Source: a virus
Virus record (IMG/VR): IMGVR_UViG_3300045988_146009
Location: 4,816-68,815 of that record
Reading direction: 5' to 3' (one strand)
DNA: 64,000 bases
This document shows positions 1-9,774 of this stretch, one piece after another. Position 1 is the stretch's first letter, and the number at the start of each line of letters is the position of its first letter. A model generated the notes under the pieces. That model did no database searches. It was not told the origin of the DNA and saw only the letters and a program-made list of their open reading frames with translations. Both the position numbers and the translations under genes were made by a program.

Positions 1-3000
1 GTAAGTATGACAAGAATGTCGAGATACAGGATTCCAACTGGGCCGCAGATGTGTTTAATATGGTGGGCGAAGGAATGCAACCTATTCAAAACGTGCTCGA
101 CGATGTTCTCAATACTGTTCAGGATGAAAGAACCCGGAACAATATTAAAGACATTGTAGAGTTCCTTGAGGAACGTGGAGTTCCGGTGAGCGTGGCTACC
201 ATTCAGGGGGACAGCAACATTGCTGGTCTCACGATGATGGACCCGTCCTCTCCAGAACAGCATATCGCTCTGAACTTTAGCGCGAAGAATGTAAAATCCT
301 CCCCTGCTGATGTCCTGCTCCACGAACTAACTCACGTTCTGGACAACCATCTGAGGGAGACAGACCCCCTGTATGCAGAACGCGTAGCAAGCATCGAAGA
401 AATTGTCCGCTCCAACTGGGCCAACATCCAGAAGGAAGCGGAACGGGTGGCTCGCACTGCTGTAACTGAGGAGGAGCAGGCTGAGATTGACCAGTTCATC
501 GCTGAGATGGAACAGGCTTTGTTCAACAAGCAGACTGAGTTTGAGGGTGGACGTGAGTTCCTTCCTAATGTAATTACCAACCCCATCATGGGAGAGGTGA
601 TTGCACAAGGCAATCTCCCGTTTGACCAAGCTCTCGACCAGTGGGCCTCCCCCAACAACCTTGCTCGAATCTCTCAGATTGGCAGAGGCAAGGTGAGCAG
701 GATTGTTCATAACCTCATTAATGCTGTGTCCTCCATCCTCAAGGGTGCCCAGGTTGTTGAAGGGAAAGTTAATCCCAACACCGCGGTTATTCGTGTGGAA
801 GAAGGAACCCTGGCTGACCCGACAAGGATGAAGATTGTCTCTCCGAAGCTGGCTGAATACAAGCCGGGAGTTGAAGACGAGAACGTATTCATTACGGACC
901 GCGGCGTTGATGCCGCCCTCTTCTCGTCCTCTGAGAACTTTGTCGGAGCAGGGAAGAGACTATTCCGGACGGCGAATGTCAAGGGTGGATTCACCGCTGA
1001 CAAACGTACTGGGAAAAAGGTTAAGGAATTCGCTGGTAACTTCCAGACTTACGTTAATGAACTTGTCGCACGAAACGAACGAACCAAGCGATATGTAACT
1101 CAGCAAACGAAGGGAATGGAAGACTCCGAACGGGCTACCGTCATCAACTCCATCGTGAACTACACGGGCGATTTGGGCAACACGCTCGACCCGAAGGTTA
1201 CTCGCCGTATCTTTGCGGAGACTAACAACAAGGTCGAACAAGCCAGGGTGGCCAGGGAGGCTGAGGTGGACGCGGCGAACAATGAGTACGCCAAGTTCAT
1301 TGCGGACCGGAGGAAGGCTATCATCCAGGCGGAGGCCAGGGTGAACGCCCTTGCCGGGACTCAAGCATTGCAGAATGTTGGAGTAGCTATTACCCAAGCT
1401 GTTCAGGTAGCTAAGGAAGTCCCCCAGGTGGACGAGAAGAACCCGATGGCTGTAGCCGCGGCTCGTTTCAGGAAGGCTCAGGAAGAACTCAACCCCGTGA
1501 TGAAAGAGATTTACAGCACGTTGGACGAGGACGCTAAGGCCGAAATGAACGAAGCGTATGATAAGACCATGAAGGCCATTGCGGAAGACTTGGCCCAGGA
1601 CTTCGACAACCCTGCTGAAATCGTACCGGGCCTTCTCAGTATCGGTGGACTTCAAAACGTTCCCAGTGTGGACGACTTGTCCGCAATGTTCACTTCGGTC
1701 ATCAAGGCCAACAGGCTGGGATGGTTGAAGAAGGATGCCGATGCTGTGCGTGCCGCCAAGGATATAACCGTAGCCCAGCAAGCCCGTAGAGAGCGCATAG
1801 CCCAAGCCGAAAAGAACTACCAGACGAAGGTAGGACGAGGAGGCATGAAGAATGGGGTATGGACTTCTCCTGGAACGGTATGGCTTGAGCGTGATGCGGC
1901 CATGCGTGCGGAGAAGAACCGGATGGAAACGGTATACGCCATGAAGAGGAATGAAGCCCGTAAGGAACTTCTCAAATATCCTTTTGGTGCCCGCCTGCTC
2001 AATGTGCTGGACGACAACCGAAGAGCTATTGCTACCATGGAAGCTAACCTGATGCAGAGAAGGGGTGCTATCGGACTCGGAACAAAGGTGAGGGACTTTA
2101 CCTACCTCTCCCGAACGTTTGCCGCGGTAGGAAAGGAGTCCATCAACTTCCGTAAGGCCATGATGGAACTACTGGACAGCAACGGCGAAGTGAAGCCGGA
2201 GTTTACCCACCTTGTAGGTATCCTAAACAATGCAATCCAAAGCTACATGAGAGAAAACATCTCCCGTTACAACCGGGGTATTTCGGAAACCCTCGACAAC
2301 ATGCTTGCTATGAGCAAGGTAGCTGATGAACTTGGTCTGGACGGTAGTGAATACCTTGGCTTCAAGGGAAAGGATGTATGGAAGAATGTAAGTGAATACC
2401 TGACGAAGGACCCGGCCCTGGCTGAGAGTGCTCTAAACACAATCAACAATGGTCACTGGAACGAGATTGCCAAGATGAAGGATGGCTCGGTTGAACTCCG
2501 TCTCATTATCAACAAGGCGAGCCAGCTAGATAACCTGCTCTCCTCTGCTGATGTTGGGGAGAAGAGCCGACTCCGTAGCAAGATGCGTAAGGCGAAGGCG
2601 GACCTGATGAACAAGGCGGCGGAAGACTATGTGCTTTCCAGTATGGGAGTAACCGATACTGACCTCCGCTCCTTCCTCCTCGGTCTAAATTCTCCGGAAC
2701 AAATCACGGAAGCATTCAAATCAACTCCCTACCTGGACTCAAGTGTAATCTCCAACCTGATGGGAACGGATGAAAACCTCCGAACCCGCATCAGCAACAC
2801 CATGGATTATGTGAGAAAGTCCACCGCTATTGAAATGCAGAAGCAGGGGGTAAACCTGACCGCTAACCAGCGGGACATGTCCCTTCTTGCTGATGGTGAA
2901 GTAGCGGATGCCCTGATAGCTACCGCTCGGAATGTGTTCAAGGAGACCCTATCCAAGGAGCGTAACGAAGAAAACATCTTCGCCAACCGTAAGAACCTGA

Positions 3001-5546
3001 TGGATAGTGAACTTCAAATTCTTGGAGTTCGCGGGTTCAGTAATCTCACGGATGCCTTCGGTGTTATTCAAAACACCTTGTCCTCCCAGGGCAGAGCCTA
3101 TGTCAACCAAGTAATTACGCATGACGTAGCAAGAAGCCTTGAAAGGCATGGGGTTGTTACCGGGGAGAGGACGAAGGAGAATACCCACCTGCTGGAATTC
3201 CAGAACAAGGCCAACCCGCTGAACGGAATGTATGCCGAAAGGGACATCGCCCTTGTCCTCTACCAAGCCATGCGACCTGACGAAGCAATTATGCGGGGTA
3301 AGGAATTTGGGAAGAAGTTGCAGAGCCATTGGGGTAACAACTGGGGAATGCTGAGAAGCATCGGTGGGTTTGTCTCCATGTTGACCCTGGTCCGTACTCC
3401 CTCCGCTACCCTCCGTAACATGGCGGGGACCATGGGGCAAAGCCTGAACGCAGGTGCTCTCCCGTTTGACAAGGGGGTTATCAAGGGATATGGGGAAGTG
3501 TACCAGCTTGCCCAGGACTTCGTTGTTGCAAACATTCTAAGTGCCGCGGGTTCCGTTGGTGTGAGGGGTGCAGTGAACAGTGAGATTATGGCGAACGCTG
3601 AGAAGCGATTCAACCAGTCCATGCAGAGGTATCGTGACCTTGGTCTGCTCGACGCGGGCGCGGCGAACTTCATGAAGGAACAGTGGAAGCAGGGGCTTAA
3701 TGAAATGAGCCAGAAAGAGGGCAGTGAAATCAGCTTGCCCGACGAGGACGCAATGTTCTCTTCGCTCGTATCGGAACTAGGAGACCGGAGCACTGCAAAG
3801 AAAGCGATGGACCTCGCCAAGCGCATTGCGTATGGTACGTTCGTTTCGCCTATGAGCGTTGCCGCTTCTGCTTACTCCGTCCCTGACGTTATCGCCAAGA
3901 TAATCCTCTTCAATGGGGAGAGCCACAAGGTAAGCAAGGTAGTGAAAGCCGAGCTCGCACAAGCTGAGAAGCTGAGTAGAGCAGGAAAGGAAGACAAGCT
4001 GACAAGCTACATGAAGGACGCTTTGGCCGCTAAGAAGGAAGGGACTCTTACTTCCTACATTGAACGTAGGGCGGCGGACAGGACGAAGAACCTTCTTCCC
4101 ACGGGGGCAAGAACCCCTGACTGGGTGAATAAGGTAAGCATCTTTGGGATGCCCTTCTTCTCCTTCATGTACCACACTTGGCAGAGTGTACCTTACAGCA
4201 TTGGCTACGGGATGGAAGAACTTCGCGCCGCAAGGTTTGCAACCAATACGGCAGATAAAGTCTCCCTCTACATGGATGCCACCCAAAAGTTTGGAGGTGC
4301 TATCCTGGGCCAGTATGCTATGATGGAACTGATGCGGTTTGCCCTTCCGATTGTTACTCAAGCAATCATGGGTATGGTCACGGGTGATGACGAAGAAGAC
4401 AAGATGCAGATGCTCGAAGCAAGTTCGTTTACCCGTTGGCTTGCACGGAATGCTGGACTCTCCGCGGACTACGACCAGAACGGAGAACTCTTTTTCTGGT
4501 TTGACAAGGATAATGAAACCTTCATAGTCCAGGATGGTCAGTACCTTCTGCCATATAAGAGCCTTGGTGAAACCCTGGGTGCTATTATCAACCTCGCTGG
4601 ATTGAATCCTTTCTCTGACAAGAGTGAGGCTAACCAATTCGAGGATGACTACACCGCCCAGCTTCTGGATTATGTTCAGAGCACGGCTGGTTCTCCCTCC
4701 ATGTGGATTCAAATGCTCATTGATATGGGTTCAAAGGAACCCCGTCAAAGCGCAGACCTGAAACAACTGGGTGGGGTATCAGCAATCCCGGAAGCCTTTG
4801 GGAATGCCCTGCTCATGAGCTTAGGACTCCGCCCTTCTGCTGAACTTGCGGGAGGTAGGACGCTCGACTGGATGGAAAGGATAGCTACGACTGTAAAGGA
4901 TAACCTCCCCCTATGGCCTACTCTGGTTCAGGGGGTGCAGACCTGGACAGGGATGAATCCGGATAGTGAAAAGGCAGGATGGTTGTTGAAGAACCTTGGC
5001 TTTGGTGTTCGTCGTCCCAAGAATATTAATGATGTCCTCCGGGACAGTCTTGCTAAAGGTAACAAGGACCTCTCCAATTCGTTGAAGAACCAGCGCATCA
5101 TGGATACCAACCTTTACACGGCTGACCTTAGCGATGCAGAGTATGACAAGATTATCGAAGCTGATAAGGCTATGGTAATTGAGCAGAGTATTTCCCTCGC
5201 TAATAGGTTCCTGGCGTTGAAGGGGTTCCTCAAGGGGATGGGAGTCAAGGACGTTGACACGGTTCTTGAAGCATCTGCTCAGGAGGCGGGCATATCGTTG
5301 AAGGCTATGGATGACCTTATCTCTGGCCGGGCCAAAGACTTCATCTCTAACCAGAGGTTTGACAAGATTGAAGAGACGAGAGACCGCTTGCTTAACAGGC
5401 CCGGTATTACTCCGGAAGCTAAGAAAGCCATCCTCCGCCAGTTCCAACAAGCTGAGAAGGTGTATGACATCGACGCAGTAGATATTACTTCCAGCTTGAT
5501 TGAGCCGGATAATGTGGAGCAGGAGGTGAAGAGCCAGAAGAGATAG
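1..5546 (+). CDS. giant virion-associated protein (tape-measure-like or ejected internal protein), 5'-partial; N-terminal zincin-like HExxH (DUF4157-like) motif
   Basis: 1831-aa ORF. The frame is open back to the window edge (first start-like codon GTG at 51). Motif ADVLLHELTHVLDNH at about aa 95. Long Ala/Lys/Glu-rich coiled-coil stretches and a Gly/Ala-rich hydrophobic middle. No DxDGD RNAP motif. The antisense ORFs inside it are short. Confidence 0.7.
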   Translation, partial: KYDKNVEIQDSNWAADVFNMVGEGMQPIQNVLDDVLNTVQDERTRNNIKDIVEFLEERGVPVSVATIQGDSNIAGLTMMDPSSPEQHIALNFSAKNVKSSPADVLLHELTHVLDNHLRETDPLYAERVASIEEIVRSNWANIQKEAERVARTAVTEEEQAEIDQFIAEMEQALFNKQTEFEGGREFLPNVITNPIMGEVIAQGNLPFDQALDQWASPNNLARISQIGRGKVSRIVHNLINAVSSILKGAQVVEGKVNPNTAVIRVEEGTLADPTRMKIVSPKLAEYKPGVEDENVFITDRGVDAALFSSSENFVGAGKRLFRTANVKGGFTADKRTGKKVKEFAGNFQTYVNELVARNERTKRYVTQQTKGMEDSERATVINSIVNYTGDLGNTLDPKVTRRIFAETNNKVEQARVAREAEVDAANNEYAKFIADRRKAIIQAEARVNALAGTQALQNVGVAITQAVQVAKEVPQVDEKNPMAVAAARFRKAQEELNPVMKEIYSTLDEDAKAEMNEAYDKTMKAIAEDLAQDFDNPAEIVPGLLSIGGLQNVPSVDDLSAMFTSVIKANRLGWLKKDADAVRAAKDITVAQQARRERIAQAEKNYQTKVGRGGMKNGVWTSPGTVWLERDAAMRAEKNRMETVYAMKRNEARKELLKYPFGARLLNVLDDNRRAIATMEANLMQRRGAIGLGTKVRDFTYLSRTFAAVGKESINFRKAMMELLDSNGEVKPEFTHLVGILNNAIQSYMRENISRYNRGISETLDNMLAMSKVADELGLDGSEYLGFKGKDVWKNVSEYLTKDPALAESALNTINNGHWNEIAKMKDGSVELRLIINKASQLDNLLSSADVGEKSRLRSKMRKAKADLMNKAAEDYVLSSMGVTDTDLRSFLLGLNSPEQITEAFKSTPYLDSSVISNLMGTDENLRTRISNTMDYVRKSTAIEMQKQGVNLTANQRDMSLLADGEVADALIATARNVFKETLSKERNEENIFANRKNLMDSELQILGVRGFSNLTDAFGVIQNTLSSQGRAYVNQVITHDVARSLERHGVVTGERTKENTHLLEFQNKANPLNGMYAERDIALVLYQAMRPDEAIMRGKEFGKKLQSHWGNNWGMLRSIGGFVSMLTLVRTPSATLRNMAGTMGQSLNAGALPFDKGVIKGYGEVYQLAQDFVVANILSAAGSVGVRGAVNSEIMANAEKRFNQSMQRYRDLGLLDAGAANFMKEQWKQGLNEMSQKEGSEISLPDEDAMFSSLVSELGDRSTAKKAMDLAKRIAYGTFVSPMSVAASAYSVPDVIAKIILFNGESHKVSKVVKAELAQAEKLSRAGKEDKLTSYMKDALAAKKEGTLTSYIERRAADRTKNLLPTGARTPDWVNKVSIFGMPFFSFMYHTWQSVPYSIGYGMEELRAARFATNTADKVSLYMDATQKFGGAILGQYAMMELMRFALPIVTQAIMGMVTGDDEEDKMQMLEASSFTRWLARNAGLSADYDQNGELFFWFDKDNETFIVQDGQYLLPYKSLGETLGAIINLAGLNPFSDKSEANQFEDDYTAQLLDYVQSTAGSPSMWIQMLIDMGSKEPRQSADLKQLGGVSAIPEAFGNALLMSLGLRPSAELAGGRTLDWMERIATTVKDNLPLWPTLVQGVQTWTGMNPDSEKAGWLLKNLGFGVRRPKNINDVLRDSLAKGNKDLSNSLKNQRIMDTNLYTADLSDAEYDKIIEADKAMVIEQSISLANRFLALKGFLKGMGVKDVDTVLEASAQEAGISLKAMDDLISGRAKDFISNQRFDKIEETRDRLLNRPGITPEAKKAILRQFQQAEKVYDIDAVDITSSLIEPDNVEQEVKSQKR

Positions 5547-5572
5547 TAAATAAAACACAGGCATAGAACAGA

Positions 5573-5613
5573 ATACCCCCTTGACCTTCGCGGGTTAAGG
5601 GGGTATATTTTAT
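5573..5613 (+). terminator. hairpin (ATACCCCC/GGGGGTAT arms, 18-nt loop) + T-rich tail downstream of the giant gene
   Basis: Inverted repeat 5573-5580 / 5599-5606 followed by ATTTTAT. It sits only 3 nt before the next ATG, so it could also be an attenuator. Confidence 0.4.
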
Positions 5614-5615
5614 CC

Positions 5616-6221
5616 ATGAAGAAACTCAAACAACACTACGGCACTATCCCACCTGGGGGTTGGTCATTCACCATACCGCTCGAAATGAGCGAAGTGCTCG
5701 TAGGGACCAAGATGATTGCTCCGACCTTGTGGCAGTTGAAGGACGAATTGAACAAGCTGTTCATCCGTAATCAGGAAAGCTTTAATGAAACTCTGTTCGA
5801 ACAGTTCATGTGCAGGAACCTTCCGGAGGACTGGTGTGAAACGTGTGGAGATGAAGGGGACCCGTGGATGGAAGAGAGACCCTTCGATGCGAAGAAGATT
5901 GCCGCCTTCTTTATTACCCTGCTCAGATGGCTACGCAATGGGAAGAAGTTTGTGAGCAAGGAGGAAGCCCAGCGGAGGTATTCGAAGTGCCTGTCCTGTC
6001 CGTTTAGTACACGAGATGTTCCTCCAAGTTTACGCTTAGAGGGGTGCAAGAGTTGCGAGGTGGAGAAGGCCGCGAGGGGAACCATCCTGGAAGCGACGAA
6101 GAAGTATGGTGCCGTGGACGAGGGAGAGGAGGAACAGGGATTGTCTCCCCTCTATTGCAAGGTGTGTGGATGTGAGTTAAGAGCCAAAGTCTGGTTTGAT
6201 ATACAGACCAAGTGCTGGTAA
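5616..6221 (+). CDS. Cys-rich (multiple CxxC) putative zinc-binding protein
   Basis: 201-aa ORF with motifs CETCGDE, CLSCPF, CKSCE and CKVCGCE. Ends at the bidirectional terminator. Confidence 0.55.
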   Translation: MKKLKQHYGTIPPGGWSFTIPLEMSEVLVGTKMIAPTLWQLKDELNKLFIRNQESFNETLFEQFMCRNLPEDWCETCGDEGDPWMEERPFDAKKIAAFFITLLRWLRNGKKFVSKEEAQRRYSKCLSCPFSTRDVPPSLRLEGCKSCEVEKAARGTILEATKKYGAVDEGEEEQGLSPLYCKVCGCELRAKVWFDIQTKCW

Positions 6222-6236
6222 GAAAAAATACAAAAA

Positions 6237-6275
6237 GCCCCGAAGAGAACTGGAAAAACTCTTCGGGGCTTTTTG
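6237..6275. terminator. bidirectional rho-independent terminator at the convergence of plus- and minus-strand transcription
   Basis: Perfect 11-bp stem GCCCCGAAGAG / CTCTTCGGGGC, an 11-nt loop, then TTTTTG. An A-tract on the 5' side lets it work in both directions. Confidence 0.75.
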
Positions 6276-6344
6276 ATTGACAACAATAAGTGAGGGGGCG
6301 TAACCCTCTTGACATGTTGAATATACTATATAGGGATTATTATG

Positions 6345-6623
6345 TCAAGGACAAAATTCCGTAGATGGGCAGACGGTGAAAGAGTTGCGGGGAGAGGGAG
6401 GGATAAGTGGAGGTTGTTTCCATTCAAATTTTCCAAAGTAAAGAGAGGTGTGTAGTCCCATCGGAGCAACCTGTTCTTCTGTTCTGATGAAGAAGGAATC
6501 AACGCCACCGCCGTAGAAGATAGGGTTGCTCAAGGGTTCCTGTCTGTTGCTTGGGGTGAAGAGAATGAGTCTTCCCCAATTGTTCTGGTCCTTTAGTTCG
6601 ATGATTAATTCGTGATAGTTCAT
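6345..6623 (-). CDS. hypothetical protein
   Basis: 92-aa ORF whose C-terminal half is low-complexity. It is the first minus-strand ORF after the convergent terminator. Confidence 0.3.
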   Translation of the reverse strand: MNYHELIIELKDQNNWGRLILFTPSNRQEPLSNPIFYGGGVDSFFIRTEEQVAPMGLHTSLYFGKFEWKQPPLIPPSPRNSFTVCPSTEFCP

Positions 6624-7105
6624 TACTTTGAGGTGGGTAGAATTACTACTTTGAAAAGTTGAAGGTAGTGATGATAGGTGAAAAGGATTATGTCCATCCA
6701 GTCGTCATCCTCCTTGTTGTACAGGGTAATCCTACCATCAGGCTCAACCCGTATCACATCCAAGGTGTTCCCGCAAAGCTCCAGGGTTGGGGAAGGAACA
6801 TTTTCGTATGTGCAAAACATAGACTTTGCGAACCCGATGTCGAGTAAGGCCAGTCCCTCGTCGAAAGAAAGGGGAAGAGAAAGGATGGGGTCAATCGTCG
6901 TGCTGTGAATGTACCCATTAATATTTTCACTGCATCCCTCCTGGAGAAGTTTTTTCCTGCTAGAAAAGAACATAGCTGGGTGGAAGGACTTCCGTTCACA
7001 GGAGAATATCTTCTCGTGGTGGTTCTTGAAAACCAGCTTGCTTGAATCCGTGGTCTCATACAAGGTGTATGGCTTGAGGATTGTTTCGATAATTGTGTCG
7101 CTCAT
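6623..7105 (-). CDS. hypothetical protein (start trimmed to the internal Met)
   Basis: The ORF-track start at 7210 would translate through the terminator hairpin and the GTATGACACA motif. The Met at 7105 (MSDTIIETIL) lies about 45 nt downstream of that motif. Confidence 0.5.
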   Translation of the reverse strand: MSDTIIETILKPYTLYETTDSSKLVFKNHHEKIFSCERKSFHPAMFFSSRKKLLQEGCSENINGYIHSTTIDPILSLPLSFDEGLALLDIGFAKSMFCTYENVPSPTLELCGNTLDVIRVEPDGRITLYNKEDDDWMDIILFTYHHYLQLFKVVILPTSK

Positions 7106-7160
7106 TGTTACTGGACTATAGCAGGGGAGATTAAAATGTAAAGGGTCTCTTGTGTCATAC

Positions 7161-7197
7161 AAAATAAAACCCCAGGAACGCGCCAACGTTCCTGGGG
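7161..7197 (-). terminator. rho-independent terminator (minus strand), followed by the GTATGACACA motif
   Basis: Stem CCCCAGGAACG / CGTTCCTGGGG with a 6-nt loop. On the minus strand it is followed by TTTTATTTT, then GTATGACACA (7160-7151). Confidence 0.65.
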
Positions 7198-7228
7198 TAG
7201 GTGTATTCATGTATTAGCCGCAAAAATT

Positions 7229-7774
7229 TTAGTGTAACAATTCGTCAACTAGTTCGTAGCAATAGGGGGTATAAAGATGGTTGAACTCAGGTGAGGTGTT
7301 GAGTAAGTGCAGAGGGAAAGGGTTGGGTGGAGCCGATGGATTCATAAACAACTTTACTCTCGGTAGCTCTTTCGTCCCTATGGTATAGTAGAGATGGCCA
7401 TCCCCGCCCTTAAAAACAAATTGATGTCCATCGCAAGTCGGGAGATTAATGAAGTTAGTGGACGAGTTTCCTTGACATACGAGAACACCATTAGGGGAGT
7501 GCTTGAAGAAAGACATAGCACTTACCAAATCCATGGAAAACAAACTCATAATATGGGGAATATCATTCGTTTCCATTTTAGTAAGGTCAGACAAGGTGGG
7601 ATTGATTTCTGTGATTCTAGGAGATGCACAGAGTTGTTTTATACTCATATACGGCATATCGTAGGTGTAATATGCTTCACTTATATGAAACAACCTGTCC
7701 TCTTTTTCAAACACAATCATTCCCGACTCGCCGTGGTCTAATCGGAAAGGTCCTTTTGGAAATTTAATTTTCAT
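7229..7774 (-). CDS. hypothetical protein
   Basis: 181-aa ORF, 4-nt overlap (ATGA) with the upstream gene. Confidence 0.55.
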   Translation of the reverse strand: MKIKFPKGPFRLDHGESGMIVFEKEDRLFHISEAYYTYDMPYMSIKQLCASPRITEINPTLSDLTKMETNDIPHIMSLFSMDLVSAMSFFKHSPNGVLVCQGNSSTNFINLPTCDGHQFVFKGGDGHLYYTIGTKELPRVKLFMNPSAPPNPFPLHLLNTSPEFNHLYTPYCYELVDELLH

Positions 7775-8223
7775 TTTTCGTAGATAACAAGTAGATTAAG
7801 AGAGCCAAATGCAGAGGCTCTATCCCCTGGTTTCATTGCGAGGATGTCGGTATGGTATCCAGGGGGTAGATAAGGCGTATACTCCTTGATAGTTTTTAAC
7901 ATCTGGTAATCTTCTCCCTTCAATTTTACGAAGGTGTAGGGTGGGGAGAACACCTTTTGAATAGCTTTGGTCATAGGACCATTGAACAATCCTCCTTCAC
8001 AGAATCGAACCTTGGCATGCCTTACGTCGGGGACAACATAGAAATTCCCATAGCTGGCCCACGGAAGATGGGGGCTTCCCTCATATTGTGATTTGAGCAG
8101 ATGGAGAATGCGTTCAAGCCTTCCCTGGTCGGTGGCAAAATCTCTATTAAAGAGGTCGATAAGATAGATTACTTCATCAACATCCATCCCGTCCCTTACA
8201 TATGATTCAAGAAACTGTTTCAT
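7771..8223 (-). CDS. hypothetical protein
   Basis: 150-aa ORF, translationally coupled to both neighbours. Confidence 0.55.
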   Translation of the reverse strand: MKQFLESYVRDGMDVDEVIYLIDLFNRDFATDQGRLERILHLLKSQYEGSPHLPWASYGNFYVVPDVRHAKVRFCEGGLFNGPMTKAIQKVFSPPYTFVKLKGEDYQMLKTIKEYTPYLPPGYHTDILAMKPGDRASAFGSLNLLVIYEK

Positions 8224-8714
8224 GATACTAAATGGAATAAGGTTTTTGTATGTTTGGCCACGGGGAAAGCATTTGCTTCATCATGCACGGGTTCGAGTAC
8301 ACCTACTTCATTTACAGTCAGGTCCCTCACTTCCCAAAGGAAGCCATCTCTACCCACGTAAACAAAACGATAACGAATATCCTTATAGTCTGGTGGCTTA
8401 GGTACAGAGTTGGATGCTGGAGCATAGGTATCGTATGCAAAGATTCCTTTATTGGAATTAATGACATCATTCAAGGTCTTGTTAAAATCCCAGGAAGGTT
8501 TCTGTGTGTAGTATTCAATATTCCCGTGAAGGATAGACCAGTAGATATACCCTGTGGAAGTGTCATGTGGTTTCCCAGCTATGACTTTAATTACATTCTT
8601 TTCCATATCATACTGATATACTACGCTGGGGTTGCCAGTGATATAGAAGGGGCCCAAACTTGCATACATCAATTGAAGGGCACGAGCTATTTTCCTAGGG
8701 TCTTCTCTAGACAT
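8220..8714 (-). CDS. hypothetical protein
   Basis: 164-aa ORF, start overlaps the upstream gene. Confidence 0.55.
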   Translation of the reverse strand: MSREDPRKIARALQLMYASLGPFYITGNPSVVYQYDMEKNVIKVIAGKPHDTSTGYIYWSILHGNIEYYTQKPSWDFNKTLNDVINSNKGIFAYDTYAPASNSVPKPPDYKDIRYRFVYVGRDGFLWEVRDLTVNEVGVLEPVHDEANAFPVAKHTKTLFHLVS

Positions 8715-9225
8715 TGTGGCTGGAATAAATTTGAGTTGAAGCGGGCGAAGCGTTCGTATCGTCCTCCATCAGTTTGATTTTATTTACTAGAGCGGTGAGG
8801 TCACGTCGTACATTTCGGAATTCCTGGCTGATATTAATCGTGTCACTCTCCATATCGAGATACATGGCGTGAACCATGCGAATAATAATCAGGTCCTCCG
8901 CTCGCTTGTCAATAGAAGGGGAAGCCATTGAGCGGAGGAACCGAGCCATGTTCATCATGAACTTTGAATTGCTCTTGATTCCCTGCCAGTGGTTCATGAA
9001 ATCGTTCAGGTAGAATAGGGCCTTGCTCACATCTTCCCTACGCTTACGTTGTCCACCCTTGAGTCCACTCCGCCAGAGATACTTGATGCAGTTGCCCATA
9101 TCAAAGGGAAGGTAACGGGTAAGCTCAATACATTCCATGCCCGAGGGGTGGGAAGTGTAGTGGCTGGGATGGTTAACGATAGACTGGTTGTCAAGGATAG
9201 ATTCGATTACGTCTTTTTGATTCAT
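8707..9225 (-). CDS. DUF3310-like phage protein
   Basis: N-terminal HYTSHPSGMECIELTRYLPFDMGNCIKYLWRSGLKG matches the HY..G.E.I...........N.IKY..R.G.K core conserved in the phage DUF3310 family (from memory). Confidence 0.5.
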   Translation of the reverse strand: MNQKDVIESILDNQSIVNHPSHYTSHPSGMECIELTRYLPFDMGNCIKYLWRSGLKGGQRKRREDVSKALFYLNDFMNHWQGIKSNSKFMMNMARFLRSMASPSIDKRAEDLIIIRMVHAMYLDMESDTINISQEFRNVRRDLTALVNKIKLMEDDTNASPASTQIYSSHNV

Positions 9226-9256
9226 GTATTATTGTTTGGTTGATTAGGGGAAAGTA

Positions 9257-9418
9257 TTAGTCGTGAATTCCGAGGGCTTCTCCGATTAGGCAGGAGTAGA
9301 CCCCCATGAATAAAAGGAGACAGAAGGACATCTGATTATAGGGGAGGTCTCCCGAACAGGCATCCATTAATGTTAGGGATGTGCCCGTTAAGAGAAGGAT
9401 ATGTAGGGTTTTAGCCAT
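9257..9418 (-). CDS. small hydrophobic protein (possible membrane peptide)
   Basis: 53-aa ORF from an internal Met (MAKTLHILLLTGTSL...). Confidence 0.25.
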   Translation of the reverse strand: MAKTLHILLLTGTSLTLMDACSGDLPYNQMSFCLLLFMGVYSCLIGEALGIHD

Positions 9419-9719
9419 TAACGTAGTTGTCAATATCTTCCTGGATAGCCCAGGCTTCCTCATAACAATGGATTTGAATCTTGCAAAGCTTCTTGAACGC
9501 GAAGAACGCTAAGACCAAATAGAGCGCATAGGCCGAGACGAACGTTACGTAAGGGATGAAGTTCTTAGGGGTCATAACGAGTATAAAAAACGCTACGATG
9601 AAGACGGCAACATCCAGGAGAACCAGCATGGACATCCAGTCTCCAATTTTACGTGCTCTCATTTCGTGTTGTTCCTTGAGCTTTACTTTGTTGTCAATGA
9701 TTGATTGGTTGGTTGTCAT
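9411..9719 (-). CDS. small membrane protein (2 TM helices)
   Basis: 102-aa ORF with hydrophobic stretches VLLDVAVFIVAFFILVM and VTFVSAYALYLVLAFFAF. Confidence 0.5.
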   Translation of the reverse strand: MTTNQSIIDNKVKLKEQHEMRARKIGDWMSMLVLLDVAVFIVAFFILVMTPKNFIPYVTFVSAYALYLVLAFFAFKKLCKIQIHCYEEAWAIQEDIDNYVNG

Positions 9720-9774
9720 TTCGAGGTAACTTTATCAGATGGATTTAATATTGCAAGACTTTTCTTTGTCAATT

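Noticed and set aside
51-5546. Giant protein as a crAss/N4-type virion RNA polymerase
   Set aside because: No DxDGD (or DFDGD) catalytic motif anywhere in the 1831 aa. The composition is coiled-coil / tape-measure-like.
327-5564. Many minus-strand ORFs (60-311 aa) inside the giant gene
   Set aside because: All are antisense to a long, continuous, codon-biased plus-strand ORF and have low-complexity translations. They are shadow ORFs.
6285-6345. TTGACA...TATATA on the plus strand just after the bidirectional terminator
   Set aside because: The spacer is only 12 nt, and it would drive antisense transcription into minus-strand genes.
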